Source: an uncultured Acidobacteriota bacterium
GTDB taxonomy: Bacteria; Acidobacteriota; Blastocatellia; RBC074
DNA: 64,000 nt
Assembly (NCBI GenBank): GCA_963796275.1
Contig: CAWCKY010000007.1
Coordinates: 32,001 to 96,000 of the forward strand
Direction: 5' to 3'
Under the pieces are notes generated by a model. The model was not told the origin of the DNA, did no database searches, and worked only from the letters and a program-made list of their open reading frames with translations. The position numbers and the translations under genes were made by a program. Every line of letters starts with the position of its first letter. Position 1 is the first letter of the stretch. This document shows, one piece after another, positions 1-9,387 of this stretch.

Positions 1-1302
1 TTGCGCGCACAGCGCGGTTCCAAAGACGCTTCCGACGCGGCTCAGGCGGGATTCGCCTTTCTGCGACGCTATGCGCAGCAACACTGGTCCGAACCGCTGG
101 CCGATGATCTGCCGGTAGGGATCGAGCTGCTGCTGCCGCGATTGCTCGGCGAGGCGGCATCTCACGGGATCGATCTGCCGGCCAAGCCGTATCAGTCGCT
201 GCGAGCGCTTGGTACTCGCAAGCGACTGATAATCGCGGCAACGAAGCCGAGCGCGGGCTCGGGACCGGTGTACTCCTGGGAGGGGTGGGGATTTCAGGCC
301 GCCCCGGAAGTTATAGACGGTTCCGGCGGCGTAGGACATTGCCCCGCGGCCACTGCCGCATGGCTGGCGATGACGGCAAAACGCAATGACCTTAATGGGG
401 TTTTTAACCGAGCTGCGCGCCGGTTTTTGAAAACAGCCTCCGCAGCCTCCGGCGAGAGCGACTCCAGCTTAATGCCTGTTGTTTGGCCTATCAATCGCTT
501 TGAACAGATAGGGGGGCTCCACGCCCTCTCCCTTGCCGGCTTGGTTGACCATCCTCAGCTGCGAGACGCGGCGCGAGCCCAAATTCTCGACCTCAGCCAC
601 GCGTTGCGTCCGGACGGAATCGGCAAGAGCGATCATTTCAGCGTTAATGGCGATTGCACATTTATGGCGATCGCCACGCTGATCGCTGCTGGACATCAGG
701 TCAATAGCCGCGTGATATATCGTTTCCGGCAGAAAAATTCCTTCATCACCTATCCGATCGAGCTTCAACCCTCCTTGACTGCGACCGCTCACGCCGTGCT
801 AGCGCTGGCACGCGCTCGCGACGATGTCAGCTGCTTCGCGCGATATCTCGAAAGCAAAGAGTCGCCCGACGGCCGTTGGGTCGGCGACAAGTGGCACAAT
901 TCGTGGTTGTACACCACGGCGGAAGTGATCATTGCGTTGGCACAGGCTAACCGGACAAAGGCCCTGCCAGCCGCGGTCGCCGCGCTGCTCTGGCATCAGC
1001 GTGAGGGTGGCGGATGGGGCTGCGCCGATCGCCCGACGCTGGCGGAGACCGCATACGCAGCATTGGCGCTCCACATGCTCCGCTCGCGCGGCACTTGCAC
1101 CAAACAGGTTCACCTTGCGCTTGAGCGGGCCGCCGCGTGGCTCGCCGATAACTACGAAGCAATGTCACCGCGAAATGACATCTTCTGGATATCCAAGGAA
1201 CTCTACTGCCCCTACCGGGTCGACCGCGTGTTTATTTTGAGCGCCGTTCTCGCTCTCCATCAAGAATGCGGCGGGAGGAGTAACAATAACAATGCTGCAT
1301 AG
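1..1302 (+). CDS. Class II terpene cyclase (prenyltransferase/squalene-cyclase repeat, beta-gamma diterpene cyclase-like), 5'-truncated by window
   Basis: PVGIELLLP, GHCPAATAAW, QW-like repeats (ESPDGRW, HQREGGGW), DKWHNSWLYTT and WISKELYCPYRV are typical of bacterial class II diterpene cyclases. The DxDD position reads NGDCT (646-660). Confidence 0.85.
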   Translation: MRAQRGSKDASDAAQAGFAFLRRYAQQHWSEPLADDLPVGIELLLPRLLGEAASHGIDLPAKPYQSLRALGTRKRLIIAATKPSAGSGPVYSWEGWGFQAAPEVIDGSGGVGHCPAATAAWLAMTAKRNDLNGVFNRAARRFLKTASAASGESDSSLMPVVWPINRFEQIGGLHALSLAGLVDHPQLRDAARAQILDLSHALRPDGIGKSDHFSVNGDCTFMAIATLIAAGHQVNSRVIYRFRQKNSFITYPIELQPSLTATAHAVLALARARDDVSCFARYLESKESPDGRWVGDKWHNSWLYTTAEVIIALAQANRTKALPAAVAALLWHQREGGGWGCADRPTLAETAYAALALHMLRSRGTCTKQVHLALERAAAWLADNYEAMSPRNDIFWISKELYCPYRVDRVFILSAVLALHQECGGRSNNNNAA

Positions 1303-1682
1303 AGGAACTATATGAGTGCAGCGATGCGACCTGATTCTGGCGTGCTGGAATATCCTCGTCTTCGGTGACTCCTGCACATCCTCCGTGTCGTATGAAGATT
1401 TCGAGCGACTGGCCGGGAGGTGGAACGGGCATTCGTAAATTCCTTCACGCCGATTATGGCGATGATGATGCCCGAATTATTGACATTCAGCTTGGTCGTT
1501 TAATTCTATGCCGAATTGCCGCGTAGTAACACGATGAGTTTATTTCGGCGTTTCAACGCCGGCACCGCCATCCATCACACATTGCGTCACCTTGTGACTC
1601 CTGACTTCAACCGTCGCTATGCAACGCAACGCTCTGATAATACCTACCGGCGTTGATGTTGTTTGAAAATAAATGCAATTAC

Positions 1683-1874
1683 GCAGGGGCAGACCTATGT
1701 GTCATTTGTGTCAAGATAAGCCGTAATCTTCGTAACATCTGGCCACTGAGCGCCCCTTTGGGACATAGGAGCCAGCCTTATTCTTATCTTGGCGCATGAC
1801 CTATGTGTCGGCCCCGGAGTGCGCAACTGTGAACCGGGGGCAGACAACAGGTTAAACATCGGCCTGCCCCCTAC
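1683..1874. repeat. REP-like palindromic element interrupted by a ~90-bp TIR-bounded insert
   Basis: GCAGGGGCAGACCTATGTGTC ... GGGGCAGAC ... GGCCTGCCCCCTAC. GACCTATGTGTC is duplicated at 1692-1703 and 1798-1809 around inverted repeats 1707-1720 and 1783-1796 (12/14 match). Confidence 0.55.
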
Positions 1875-2007
1875 GTTGGATGACGTGGTTGCAGCAATTT
1901 TTCAAATTCAACCTCAGGTCTACGATTGCGCGTCTTTTTTACAATAGGCGTCCTGAAAATATTGAAAAGTTTGACTCAAGGCAGAACGGGAATAATTTAA
2001 ACGGCAC

Positions 2008-2037
2008 ACCGAAAAAAATCGCCTGAAACCGTTATAG
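2008..2037 (+). repeat. 30-bp imperfect direct repeat, copy 1 (copy 2 at 12303-12332)
   Basis: ACCGAAAAAAATCGCCTGAAACCGTTATAG vs ACCGTAAAAAACGGCCTGAAATCGTTATAG, 26/30 identical. Confidence 0.7.
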
Positions 2038-2104
2038 AGGAGCATGCTGATTAGGCGTGGATTGCTGGGTAGAAGGGGATATCCGCAGCTTGGATGAAGC
2101 CTGA

Positions 2105-3463
2105 ATGATGGGTTTATATCTCGCAAGGTCGCGAAGGCGTGGGGGCGCAATTAGTGAAATGAGCTGTTCAGTCGAAACATCACTTTGGAACGATTTTTCA
2201 CGCATGTCATACCAGCAGCGCGCTGGCCGCATCGCCGAACTGGCGCGTCTCGACCAGGCTTCAATTGAAGCGTTGAGTGGCCGCACGGTCACGGCGGATA
2301 TCGGGTTGGCAGAAAGATGCGTGGAGAACGCCATCGGCTATTTCGCGGCGCCCCTGGGAGTCGCCGCTTATATGCTTATTGACGGACGCGACGTCGTCGT
2401 GCCGATGGCCGTCGAGGAGACATCGATCATCGCCGCGGCGTCGAGCGCCGCAAAATTCTTCTACCCCCACGGCGGCGTCACCACCAGAACCGAAGGCACC
2501 CTGGGTATCGGCCAGATCCAGATACCGAGGGCGAGAGATTCGGGTCGCATCATAGAAACTGTTATAGCCAATCACGACCTGCTGCTCGCTTGCGCCAATG
2601 AACTGGTACCAGGCTTGATCGCTCGCGGCGGCGGGGCGCAGCGCATCGAAGGGCGCGTTTTGCCTGGAATGGTAGTGGTCTATATCTATGTAGACACCTG
2701 CGACGCGATGGGCGCCAACCTGATCAATCAGATATGCGAAGGACTGAAGCCCCTCATTGAGGACTTGACCGGGGAAGAAGTCGGCGTCTGCATTCTTTCG
2801 AACCTGACTGACACGCGCATGTCGTTTGCGACTGCGCGCGCACGACAGATTGACCGGCGTCTGGTCGACGGGATCGTCAACGCCTATGAGTTCGCCGCGC
2901 AGGACCATTACCGCGCCGCGACGCACAACAAGGGAATCCTCAACGCCATCGACGCTATTTTATTGGCGACGGGCAATGACTGGAGGGCGATGGAGGCGGG
3001 CGCTCACGCTTACGCGGCCCTCGGCGGACACTACCGCCCGTTGTCGCGCTGGCGTCGTGAGGGTGACGACCTGGTCGGCGAGATCAGGCTGCCTACATCT
3101 GTTGGGATGGTAGGCGGTATGACCGGGATTCATCCGACCGCGCGAGCATGCCTGAAGATACTGGGCGCACAGACGGCTGCTGAACTGGGCCGAATCTGCG
3201 CCGCCGTCGGCTTGATACAGAACTTCGCGGCGCTACGCGCGCTGTCGACCGTCGGTATCGTCAAAGGCCATATGAATCTGCATGCGCGGAACCTGGCGGT
3301 TCTCGCCGGAGCGAATCAGGAAGAACAACCCATGTTAGTCGAGAAGCTGCGCGAGGAACTACTGCATAAAAATCGGATAACGCTGACCCAGGCGCAGGAC
3401 ATTTTGTTAGATATCCGAAACAACGCGGTAACAGGAGGCGCGCTTATGTCGCCCCGTGAGTGA
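2105..3463 (+). CDS. mvaA: Class II hydroxymethylglutaryl-CoA reductase (true start may be ATG 2159)
   Basis: ENAIG, PMAVEETSIIAA, DAMGANLIN, RAATHNKGILN, GMVGG and GHMNLH motifs. Confidence 0.95.
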   Translation: MMGLYLARSRRRGGAISEMSCSVETSLWNDFSRMSYQQRAGRIAELARLDQASIEALSGRTVTADIGLAERCVENAIGYFAAPLGVAAYMLIDGRDVVVPMAVEETSIIAAASSAAKFFYPHGGVTTRTEGTLGIGQIQIPRARDSGRIIETVIANHDLLLACANELVPGLIARGGGAQRIEGRVLPGMVVVYIYVDTCDAMGANLINQICEGLKPLIEDLTGEEVGVCILSNLTDTRMSFATARARQIDRRLVDGIVNAYEFAAQDHYRAATHNKGILNAIDAILLATGNDWRAMEAGAHAYAALGGHYRPLSRWRREGDDLVGEIRLPTSVGMVGGMTGIHPTARACLKILGAQTAAELGRICAAVGLIQNFAALRALSTVGIVKGHMNLHARNLAVLAGANQEEQPMLVEKLREELLHKNRITLTQAQDILLDIRNNAVTGGALMSPRE

Positions 3464-3560
3464 CGCCCTGTGAGACTGAAAATAGCATGGGAGTTCAAGC
3501 TTTAGCCAAAGCTTTAACCTGGCATCTGCCATTGAAAGTTACATACGGAGGATTCTTAAC

Positions 3561-4808
3561 ATGGTCGGAATGGAAGCTTTGGCCTTTTCAGTGCCGCAAT
3601 ACTATATCAACTTAAGTGACCTGGCGGTCGCGCGGGGAATTGACCCGGACAAGTATACCGTCGGTCTTGGCCAACGCGAGATGTCCATCGCTACACCTTG
3701 CGAAGACGCTGTTACTCTGGCCGCCGGAGCGGGACAGCGGCTGCTAGCCAGCTTCGACGTCGATCCGGGGTCCATCGCCTTGCTCATTGTCGGCGCCGAA
3801 ACCGGGATTGATCATAGTAAGCCGATCGCCAGTTACGTTCATGAGTTACTCGGCTTATCCACTCTATGTCGATCTTTCGAGATCAAACATGCATGCCACG
3901 GCGGCATGGCCGGACTATTTACGGCTTCGCAGTGGACAATGTCAGGTCGCGCCGCGGGCAAGAAGGCTCTCATCATCGCCACTGATATCGCGAGATACGG
4001 AGTTGGAGCGCCTGGCGAGCCGACGCAGGGGGCCGGCGCCGTCGCGATGCTGATTTCGGACAATCCAGCGTTGCTCGAGTTCGACACGGACGCCGAAGGC
4101 TACTACTCGAAACAGGTCATGGACTTTTGGCGCCCTATCTACAGCAAAGAGGCCTTCACCGACGGCCACTATTCAATATCCTGCTACCTCGACGCCTTGC
4201 AATACTCCTACGCTGCCTATCGCCGTGATTCCGGCCGCGACGGCGACCCGCATTTTGCGGACCGCTTCGTCGCCTGCCTTTATCACGCGCCGTTCGTGAA
4301 GATGACTCAGAAGGCTCATCAGCGATTGTTGGAGACCGACGCAGGGGCGCCGTTCGCATCCGACAGCCCCGAGATGCAAAGCGCCAGAGATGACTTTGCC
4401 AGGCGAGTGGTGCCTTCGCTGGAGATCAATGCGCGCGTGGGCAACATCTACACCGGATCGCTTTTTCTGTCGCTGGTCAACTTTCTTGAAGACCAGGCCG
4501 AGGGTAACGCCGGGCGCACGATCAGTCTATTCAGTTACGGCAGCGGCTGCCAGGCCGAGTTCATCACCGCCAGAGTCGGAGAGCGGGCTGGACAGGCGAT
4601 GAAACGACAAAGTTTTCGAACGGTTCTGGACGCTCGCACGCGCCTCGACGTGCGTCGCTACGAAGAGATTCTCGAGGCGAACGGAGTGGCAGATCTCAAC
4701 GATTCGAAGGTTTGCGACCCGGAGGTCTGGGGCGTCGCGGGACCATTCGTATACGCAGGGGCGCATAACCATCAGCGGCAGTACGTCAGCCGATCTTCGA
4801 CAATTTAG
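3561..4808 (+). CDS. mvaS: Hydroxymethylglutaryl-CoA synthase
   Basis: ETGIDHSK, EIKHACHGG (catalytic Cys), GEPTQGAGAVA, DFWRP, GNIYTGSL and FSYGSG. RBS GGAGG upstream. Confidence 0.95.
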   Translation: MVGMEALAFSVPQYYINLSDLAVARGIDPDKYTVGLGQREMSIATPCEDAVTLAAGAGQRLLASFDVDPGSIALLIVGAETGIDHSKPIASYVHELLGLSTLCRSFEIKHACHGGMAGLFTASQWTMSGRAAGKKALIIATDIARYGVGAPGEPTQGAGAVAMLISDNPALLEFDTDAEGYYSKQVMDFWRPIYSKEAFTDGHYSISCYLDALQYSYAAYRRDSGRDGDPHFADRFVACLYHAPFVKMTQKAHQRLLETDAGAPFASDSPEMQSARDDFARRVVPSLEINARVGNIYTGSLFLSLVNFLEDQAEGNAGRTISLFSYGSGCQAEFITARVGERAGQAMKRQSFRTVLDARTRLDVRRYEEILEANGVADLNDSKVCDPEVWGVAGPFVYAGAHNHQRQYVSRSSTI

Positions 4809-5037
4809 CCGGAGTTGAGTACGGCCTCGATTGATGAATGGCCGTCTCGATTACGACTCCTAACGCCGCCTTCCTGGACCACGCGTATAAAAAGAGCTCT
4901 CACGGATATGGCGAACTACCAGATATGTTATGTCAACGAATATTTTTTCTCTTGAAAAGGAGATCAAAGAAACATATCCCTTCCAATCAGGTTATCGCCC
5001 GGCGTGACGAATACGTTATCTGCTAATCATTGCTGCT

Positions 5038-6090
5038 ATGGATATCGAACAGTTCGAACAACGGAAGCAGGATCACATCGCGCACTCATTGAGCACGGTC
5101 AACCAGGCCATAGGCATGAGCGGCCTGGAATCCATCCATCTATATCACGAGGCCATCCCGGACCTCGACTTCGAAGAGATCAGCCTAGTAACGACATGTT
5201 TCGGAATGGTGTTACCCACGCCCTTTTACGTCGCGAGTATGACGGCGGGACATGCGGACGCATTGAGCATCAATTGGATGCTGGCGCAGGCATGCCAGGA
5301 GCGCGGATGGGCTATGGGAGTGGGTTCGCAGCGCCGCGAATTGGAGGCCCGATTGGACGCCCGAGCGATAGATGATTGGCAGAGTCTTCGCCGGGCGGTT
5401 CCGGGCCTCGCGCTATTCGCCAACATCGGCATAAGCCAACTGATCAAGGCAGAGGTCTCAGATATCCGTCATCTCGTCGAGTCGCTCGATGCCCAGGCTC
5501 TGTGTGTTCACCTCAACGCATTGCAGGAGGCGATCCAGCCGGAGGGCACTCCGCAGTTCAAGGGGGCCTGGCGGGCGATCGAAACTCTCTGTCGCGAGTT
5601 GGGTTGTCCCGTCATCGTCAAAGAGACCGGATGTGGTTTCCACCGTTCGACGCTGCGCCGCCTCGCTCAGATCGGTCCGGTGGCGCCTTCAGCAGTAGAT
5701 GTCAGCGGACTCGGCGGCACACACTGGGGAAGGATCGAAGGCGCGCGCGCAGGCTTCCACACGCTGCATCAGTCGGCCGCCGCGACTTTCGCCAACTGGG
5801 GAGAGGCTACCGTCGAGAGCGTGCTGGCGGCGCGATTGGAGCTGTCTCCTCAGACGGAGATATGGGCGTCGGGAGGGGTTCGGTCCGGCCTCGACGCCGC
5901 CAAGCTTATCGCACTTGGGGCTCATCGCGTCGGCTATGCGAAGCCCGCACTGGATGCGGCGCTCACCGGGCCAATCGAACTGCGCCGTTGGATGGAGTTG
6001 CAGGAGTACGAGCTGCGAGTCGCTTTGTTCTGCTCCGGCTGTGCCACTACCGCCGTTCTGCGGGACAAGACTGGCTCGTGGGAGATGTAG
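5038..6090 (+). CDS. fni: Type 2 (FMN-dependent) isopentenyl-diphosphate isomerase
   Basis: RKQDHI, SMTAG, MGVGSQR, HLNALQEAIQPEG, VIVKETGCG, DVSGLGGT and ASGGVRSGLD. Confidence 0.95.
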   Translation: MDIEQFEQRKQDHIAHSLSTVNQAIGMSGLESIHLYHEAIPDLDFEEISLVTTCFGMVLPTPFYVASMTAGHADALSINWMLAQACQERGWAMGVGSQRRELEARLDARAIDDWQSLRRAVPGLALFANIGISQLIKAEVSDIRHLVESLDAQALCVHLNALQEAIQPEGTPQFKGAWRAIETLCRELGCPVIVKETGCGFHRSTLRRLAQIGPVAPSAVDVSGLGGTHWGRIEGARAGFHTLHQSAAATFANWGEATVESVLAARLELSPQTEIWASGGVRSGLDAAKLIALGAHRVGYAKPALDAALTGPIELRRWMELQEYELRVALFCSGCATTAVLRDKTGSWEM

Positions 6091-6224
6091 GGAGATTTTA
6101 CGAGACGCAATCAGGTTATCCGAGGAGATACCAAGCGCAAAGCGCAACGGGCTCCACGCGTACCACTCGCACAACATCTGCGCCGATCGGGTTCGTCCAG
6201 CGCTTGATATGGAGATTTTATAAG

Positions 6225-7169
6225 GTGTGTAGTTTCGATATTGCCGGGAAAGTTTTTGTTTTGGGTGAGTACGCGGTCCTGGGCGGATTGCCCGCTCTGG
6301 TGGCCGGCGTCGCCCCGCGCTTCTCCGGTTCGCTGCGTGAGGCTATGGATGAAGGCCCCTACTGGCACGCGGACAGCCCTGTAGGCCGCCTACTGCGCTG
6401 GGCCCGGGAACACTGCGGGGTGAGATTCTCCTTCCATTTCGAGGACCCTTATCATAGTGGGGGCTTCGGCGCTTCGACAGCGCAGTTTGCCATTGCCTAT
6501 GCCGCTGGGGCTGTGCGGCTCGGGTTGAGTTGCGATTGGCGAACCGCATGGCAGTTCTACCGCAAATTGACGGGCGCTGATGAAACGACTCCGAGCGGCG
6601 CCGATCTCGTCGCTCAGCTGCGGGGAGGAGTAACCCTCTTCAATCCGGTTTCGCTGAGCTGCGCGGACATCTGGGACGAATTCGACTGGTCGCGGCTGCT
6701 GGTCTTTGCGCCGAATGCGCAACCTGATCGAAAGGTCGCCACACACGTTCACCTCAAAGAGTTTTCCCTGGGAAGCCAAGAGATCGATCGCACCCAGCTG
6801 TTTTCCCGTTTGGCGGACCCCTTAAAAAAAGGCCTCACAGCGATAGATCGAAAGAGCGTCTACGATCTGGGCGCGGCGATGGATTGGTACGCCGACGCGC
6901 TCGCCGAAAACGGCCTGGAGGCACGTGTCACTTTCGAGGACCGGCGGGCGCTCAGGGCGATGCCGGGCGTGTGCGGAGCGAAGGGTGCCGGCGCTATGCA
7001 AGCAGATGTTGTACTTGCGCTCATGACGCCGGACGCGGATGCAGAGCCGATTATTCGGTCGGCACGGACACGCGGGTTGAAGCTGATATGTCATGGGTTG
7101 ACGCGGCAACCCGGAATCCAACCCCTTTTGCCACAGAAACACGGAGCCACGGAGCTTACGAGTAGGTAA
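6225..7169 (+). CDS. GHMP kinase, probable phosphomevalonate kinase
   Basis: GTG start at 6225 after RBS GGAG (6211-6214), in frame with track ORF 5376..7169. Motifs GKVFVLGEYAVL, GGFGASTAQF, PSGADL, KGAGAMQAD. It is the second GHMP kinase in an MVA operon. Confidence 0.8.
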   Translation: MCSFDIAGKVFVLGEYAVLGGLPALVAGVAPRFSGSLREAMDEGPYWHADSPVGRLLRWAREHCGVRFSFHFEDPYHSGGFGASTAQFAIAYAAGAVRLGLSCDWRTAWQFYRKLTGADETTPSGADLVAQLRGGVTLFNPVSLSCADIWDEFDWSRLLVFAPNAQPDRKVATHVHLKEFSLGSQEIDRTQLFSRLADPLKKGLTAIDRKSVYDLGAAMDWYADALAENGLEARVTFEDRRALRAMPGVCGAKGAGAMQADVVLALMTPDADAEPIIRSARTRGLKLICHGLTRQPGIQPLLPQKHGATELTSR

Positions 7170-7180
7170 AGGATATTCAT

Positions 7181-8200
7181 ATGCCTCAGGGAGCGATTTT
7201 CGAGATTCCATTTCCGTCGATGATCAATCCACATCTGGCGCCGGCGCGTGCCGCCAATCTTTCCTGGGTCCGCGCCCGTGGCCTGGCGCGCAGCGAGGCC
7301 AGGATGGAGGAGTACCTGTCGTGGGACCTGCCGCAGCTGACCGCCCGGACCTATCCATATGCCGACCGCGCCGATCTGGAAATGCTGATGAACTTTTTCA
7401 GCATTTTTTTCCTTATTGATGACGAGTTCGATGAACCGCAGGGCGACCGGCGGGCGCAACTGGCCGCGGTGACCCAGGAGATGATCACCATCCCGTTTCG
7501 TCCGGCAGGAGCCCCTCCGGACATCGTCTGCCCGATCACGCTGGCATGGGTCGAAGTATGGACGGACATGCGCCGCGGGATGTCGGAAACCTGGCAGAAC
7601 CTATTTGCATCGAACTCGGCGCGTTTCCTCACCGCCAGCTTGGAAGAGGAGCGCCTTGCCGCCAGCTCGGCGGTATTGGATCTCAACTCGTACGTGGAGC
7701 TGCGCCGCCATAGTGTGGGCGTCTATCACGGATTCGATTTGGCCGAGCGGAGCCGGGGCTTCGAGGTCCCGCCTCACGCGCATTCCCACCAGCGGATGCG
7801 CGACCTTCGCGCCGCTGCGACGGACACAATCGGGTTCATGAACGATGTGCATTCTCTAGAGCGGGACGAGCGCAAGGGCAAATCCTATAACCTAGTCGCT
7901 GTACTGCGAAGGGAACTCCGCTGTTCCCGGGCGGACGCCATTGAACGGGCTGTGCGGATGGCCCGCGAGCGGCTCAAGGCGGCACTCGAATTGCAAGCGA
8001 AGAGCCCGCACATCAGCGCCGAACTGAGACTTTCCAGCAACGAGTGCGTGGCGGTGGAACGGGGTGTGGAGGGAATCCGGAACTGGATCCGCGGCTACCA
8101 CGATTGGGCCTGTCAGAGCAGAAGGTACGCGGCGTCAGGCCCGATCGAATCATCGCTGGCTCCTGTCCGGCATGAGGATGATCTACTGGCCCTGACCTGA
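7181..8200 (+). CDS. Class I terpene synthase (pentalenene synthase-like fold, probably sesquiterpene)
   Basis: DDEFDE (DDxxD), LRRHSVG pyrophosphate-sensor Arg, NDVHSLERDE (NSE) and WACQSRRY (WxxxxxRY). Confidence 0.93.
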   Translation: MPQGAIFEIPFPSMINPHLAPARAANLSWVRARGLARSEARMEEYLSWDLPQLTARTYPYADRADLEMLMNFFSIFFLIDDEFDEPQGDRRAQLAAVTQEMITIPFRPAGAPPDIVCPITLAWVEVWTDMRRGMSETWQNLFASNSARFLTASLEEERLAASSAVLDLNSYVELRRHSVGVYHGFDLAERSRGFEVPPHAHSHQRMRDLRAAATDTIGFMNDVHSLERDERKGKSYNLVAVLRRELRCSRADAIERAVRMARERLKAALELQAKSPHISAELRLSSNECVAVERGVEGIRNWIRGYHDWACQSRRYAASGPIESSLAPVRHEDDLLALT

Positions 8201-8283
8201 AATTCTATATCGGAACAACCGACATTGGCGCATCGAGTGAAATATAAAATATTTCACATGCCATTCGGCAACGGAGAAAAGAC

Positions 8284-9387
8284 ATGCAACTAACTGTGTG
8301 CGCCCTCGCTCCATCTAACATAGCGATAGTTAAATACATGGGAAAGCAGGACGACGCGACCAACATACCTGAGAACCCGAGCCTGTCAATGACGCTGAAC
8401 AGGCTGCGCAGTTGCGTGGAGATAACTTGCGCCAACGCGGATGGCCCGGCTGAGGCGACGTGGGTGCCAGAGCCTCCGCTTCTGTGGAGCAGACAGGCGA
8501 GTCTCAAACTCGAAGTCCCGCGTCTCGATGAAGCTGGAATAGCCCGCTTTTTGCGCCACTTCGAGCGCGTGCGTCGTGCCGCGCCGGCGATACTTGCGAG
8601 ATACGGAGTACCGATTACCGCGCAGGATGGAGAGAGGTGCTCTTATCTGATTCGAAGCGGGAACACCTTTCCGTCGTCGACCGGCATCGCATCGAGCGCC
8701 GCCAGTTTCGCCGCACTGACATTGGCGACGGCGATGACGCTCATAAGCGATCAAGCAGCATTTGACGGCACCTGGGAATCGGAAACGGGTTTGCGAAGAG
8801 ATATGGCGAGCCTGTCGCGACAAGGATCAGGCAGCTCTTGCCGCTCGTTTGAAGGTCCCTGGGTCGGATGGGAGGCGGATCGCGTTTTTAAAATGAATGC
8901 CTCGACGCCGGAGCTTAGCCACTTCGTTTTGCTGGTCAGCGACGAGGCCAAGAAGATTCCTTCTTCCAGGGCCCACCAGCTCGTTAAGGAATCACCGCTA
9001 TGGACGGGGCGCGTGGAGCGCGCGAGCGCGCGATTCGAGCAGGCCTGCAGGGCACTATCTGAAGGAGACCTGACCCGCCTCGCCCGAATCGCGTGGAGAG
9101 AAGCCTGGGAGATGCACAGCTTATTCCACACTACGGCTGAGCCTTTCTCATATTGGCGCCCCCGCAGCATAGAGTTACTTCAGTGGCTCGCGCCGGCGAT
9201 CAACGGGCCGGCACCTGCCATCGTTTCGCCCCCGATCGTCTCGATGGACGCCGGTCCGAACGTGCATCTGATCGTCGAGGCGGCAGATGCTGATATGTGG
9301 CGTGAGAGATTGATTCGCCGTTACGGCGCGGGCGCTTTCCTCGAAGATGAGCCGGGCGACGGCGCCGCCCCATTCGGGCGATGTTGA
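8284..9387 (+). CDS. mvaD: Diphosphomevalonate decarboxylase
   Basis: APSNIAIVKYMGK, NPSLSMTL, GIASSAASFAAL, GSGSSCRS and DAGPNVH. Confidence 0.95.
   Translation: MQLTVCALAPSNIAIVKYMGKQDDATNIPENPSLSMTLNRLRSCVEITCANADGPAEATWVPEPPLLWSRQASLKLEVPRLDEAGIARFLRHFERVRRAAPAILARYGVPITAQDGERCSYLIRSGNTFPSSTGIASSAASFAALTLATAMTLISDQAAFDGTWESETGLRRDMASLSRQGSGSSCRSFEGPWVGWEADRVFKMNASTPELSHFVLLVSDEAKKIPSSRAHQLVKESPLWTGRVERASARFEQACRALSEGDLTRLARIAWREAWEMHSLFHTTAEPFSYWRPRSIELLQWLAPAINGPAPAIVSPPIVSMDAGPNVHLIVEAADADMWRERLIRRYGAGAFLEDEPGDGAAPFGRC

Noticed and set aside
3520-3536. TGGCATCTGCCATTGA before mvaS as a sigma54 promoter
   Set aside because: Lacks GC at the required GG-N10-GC spacing.
4838-5026. 62-aa ORF between mvaS and fni
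   Set aside because: No RBS or motif, and AT-rich spacer-like composition.
5376-6224. N-terminal ~283 aa of the 597-aa track ORF, suggesting a kinase fusion
   Set aside because: It is an alternate frame overlapping fni with low-complexity Arg/Gly-rich sequence. The kinase motifs and RBS begin at GTG 6225.
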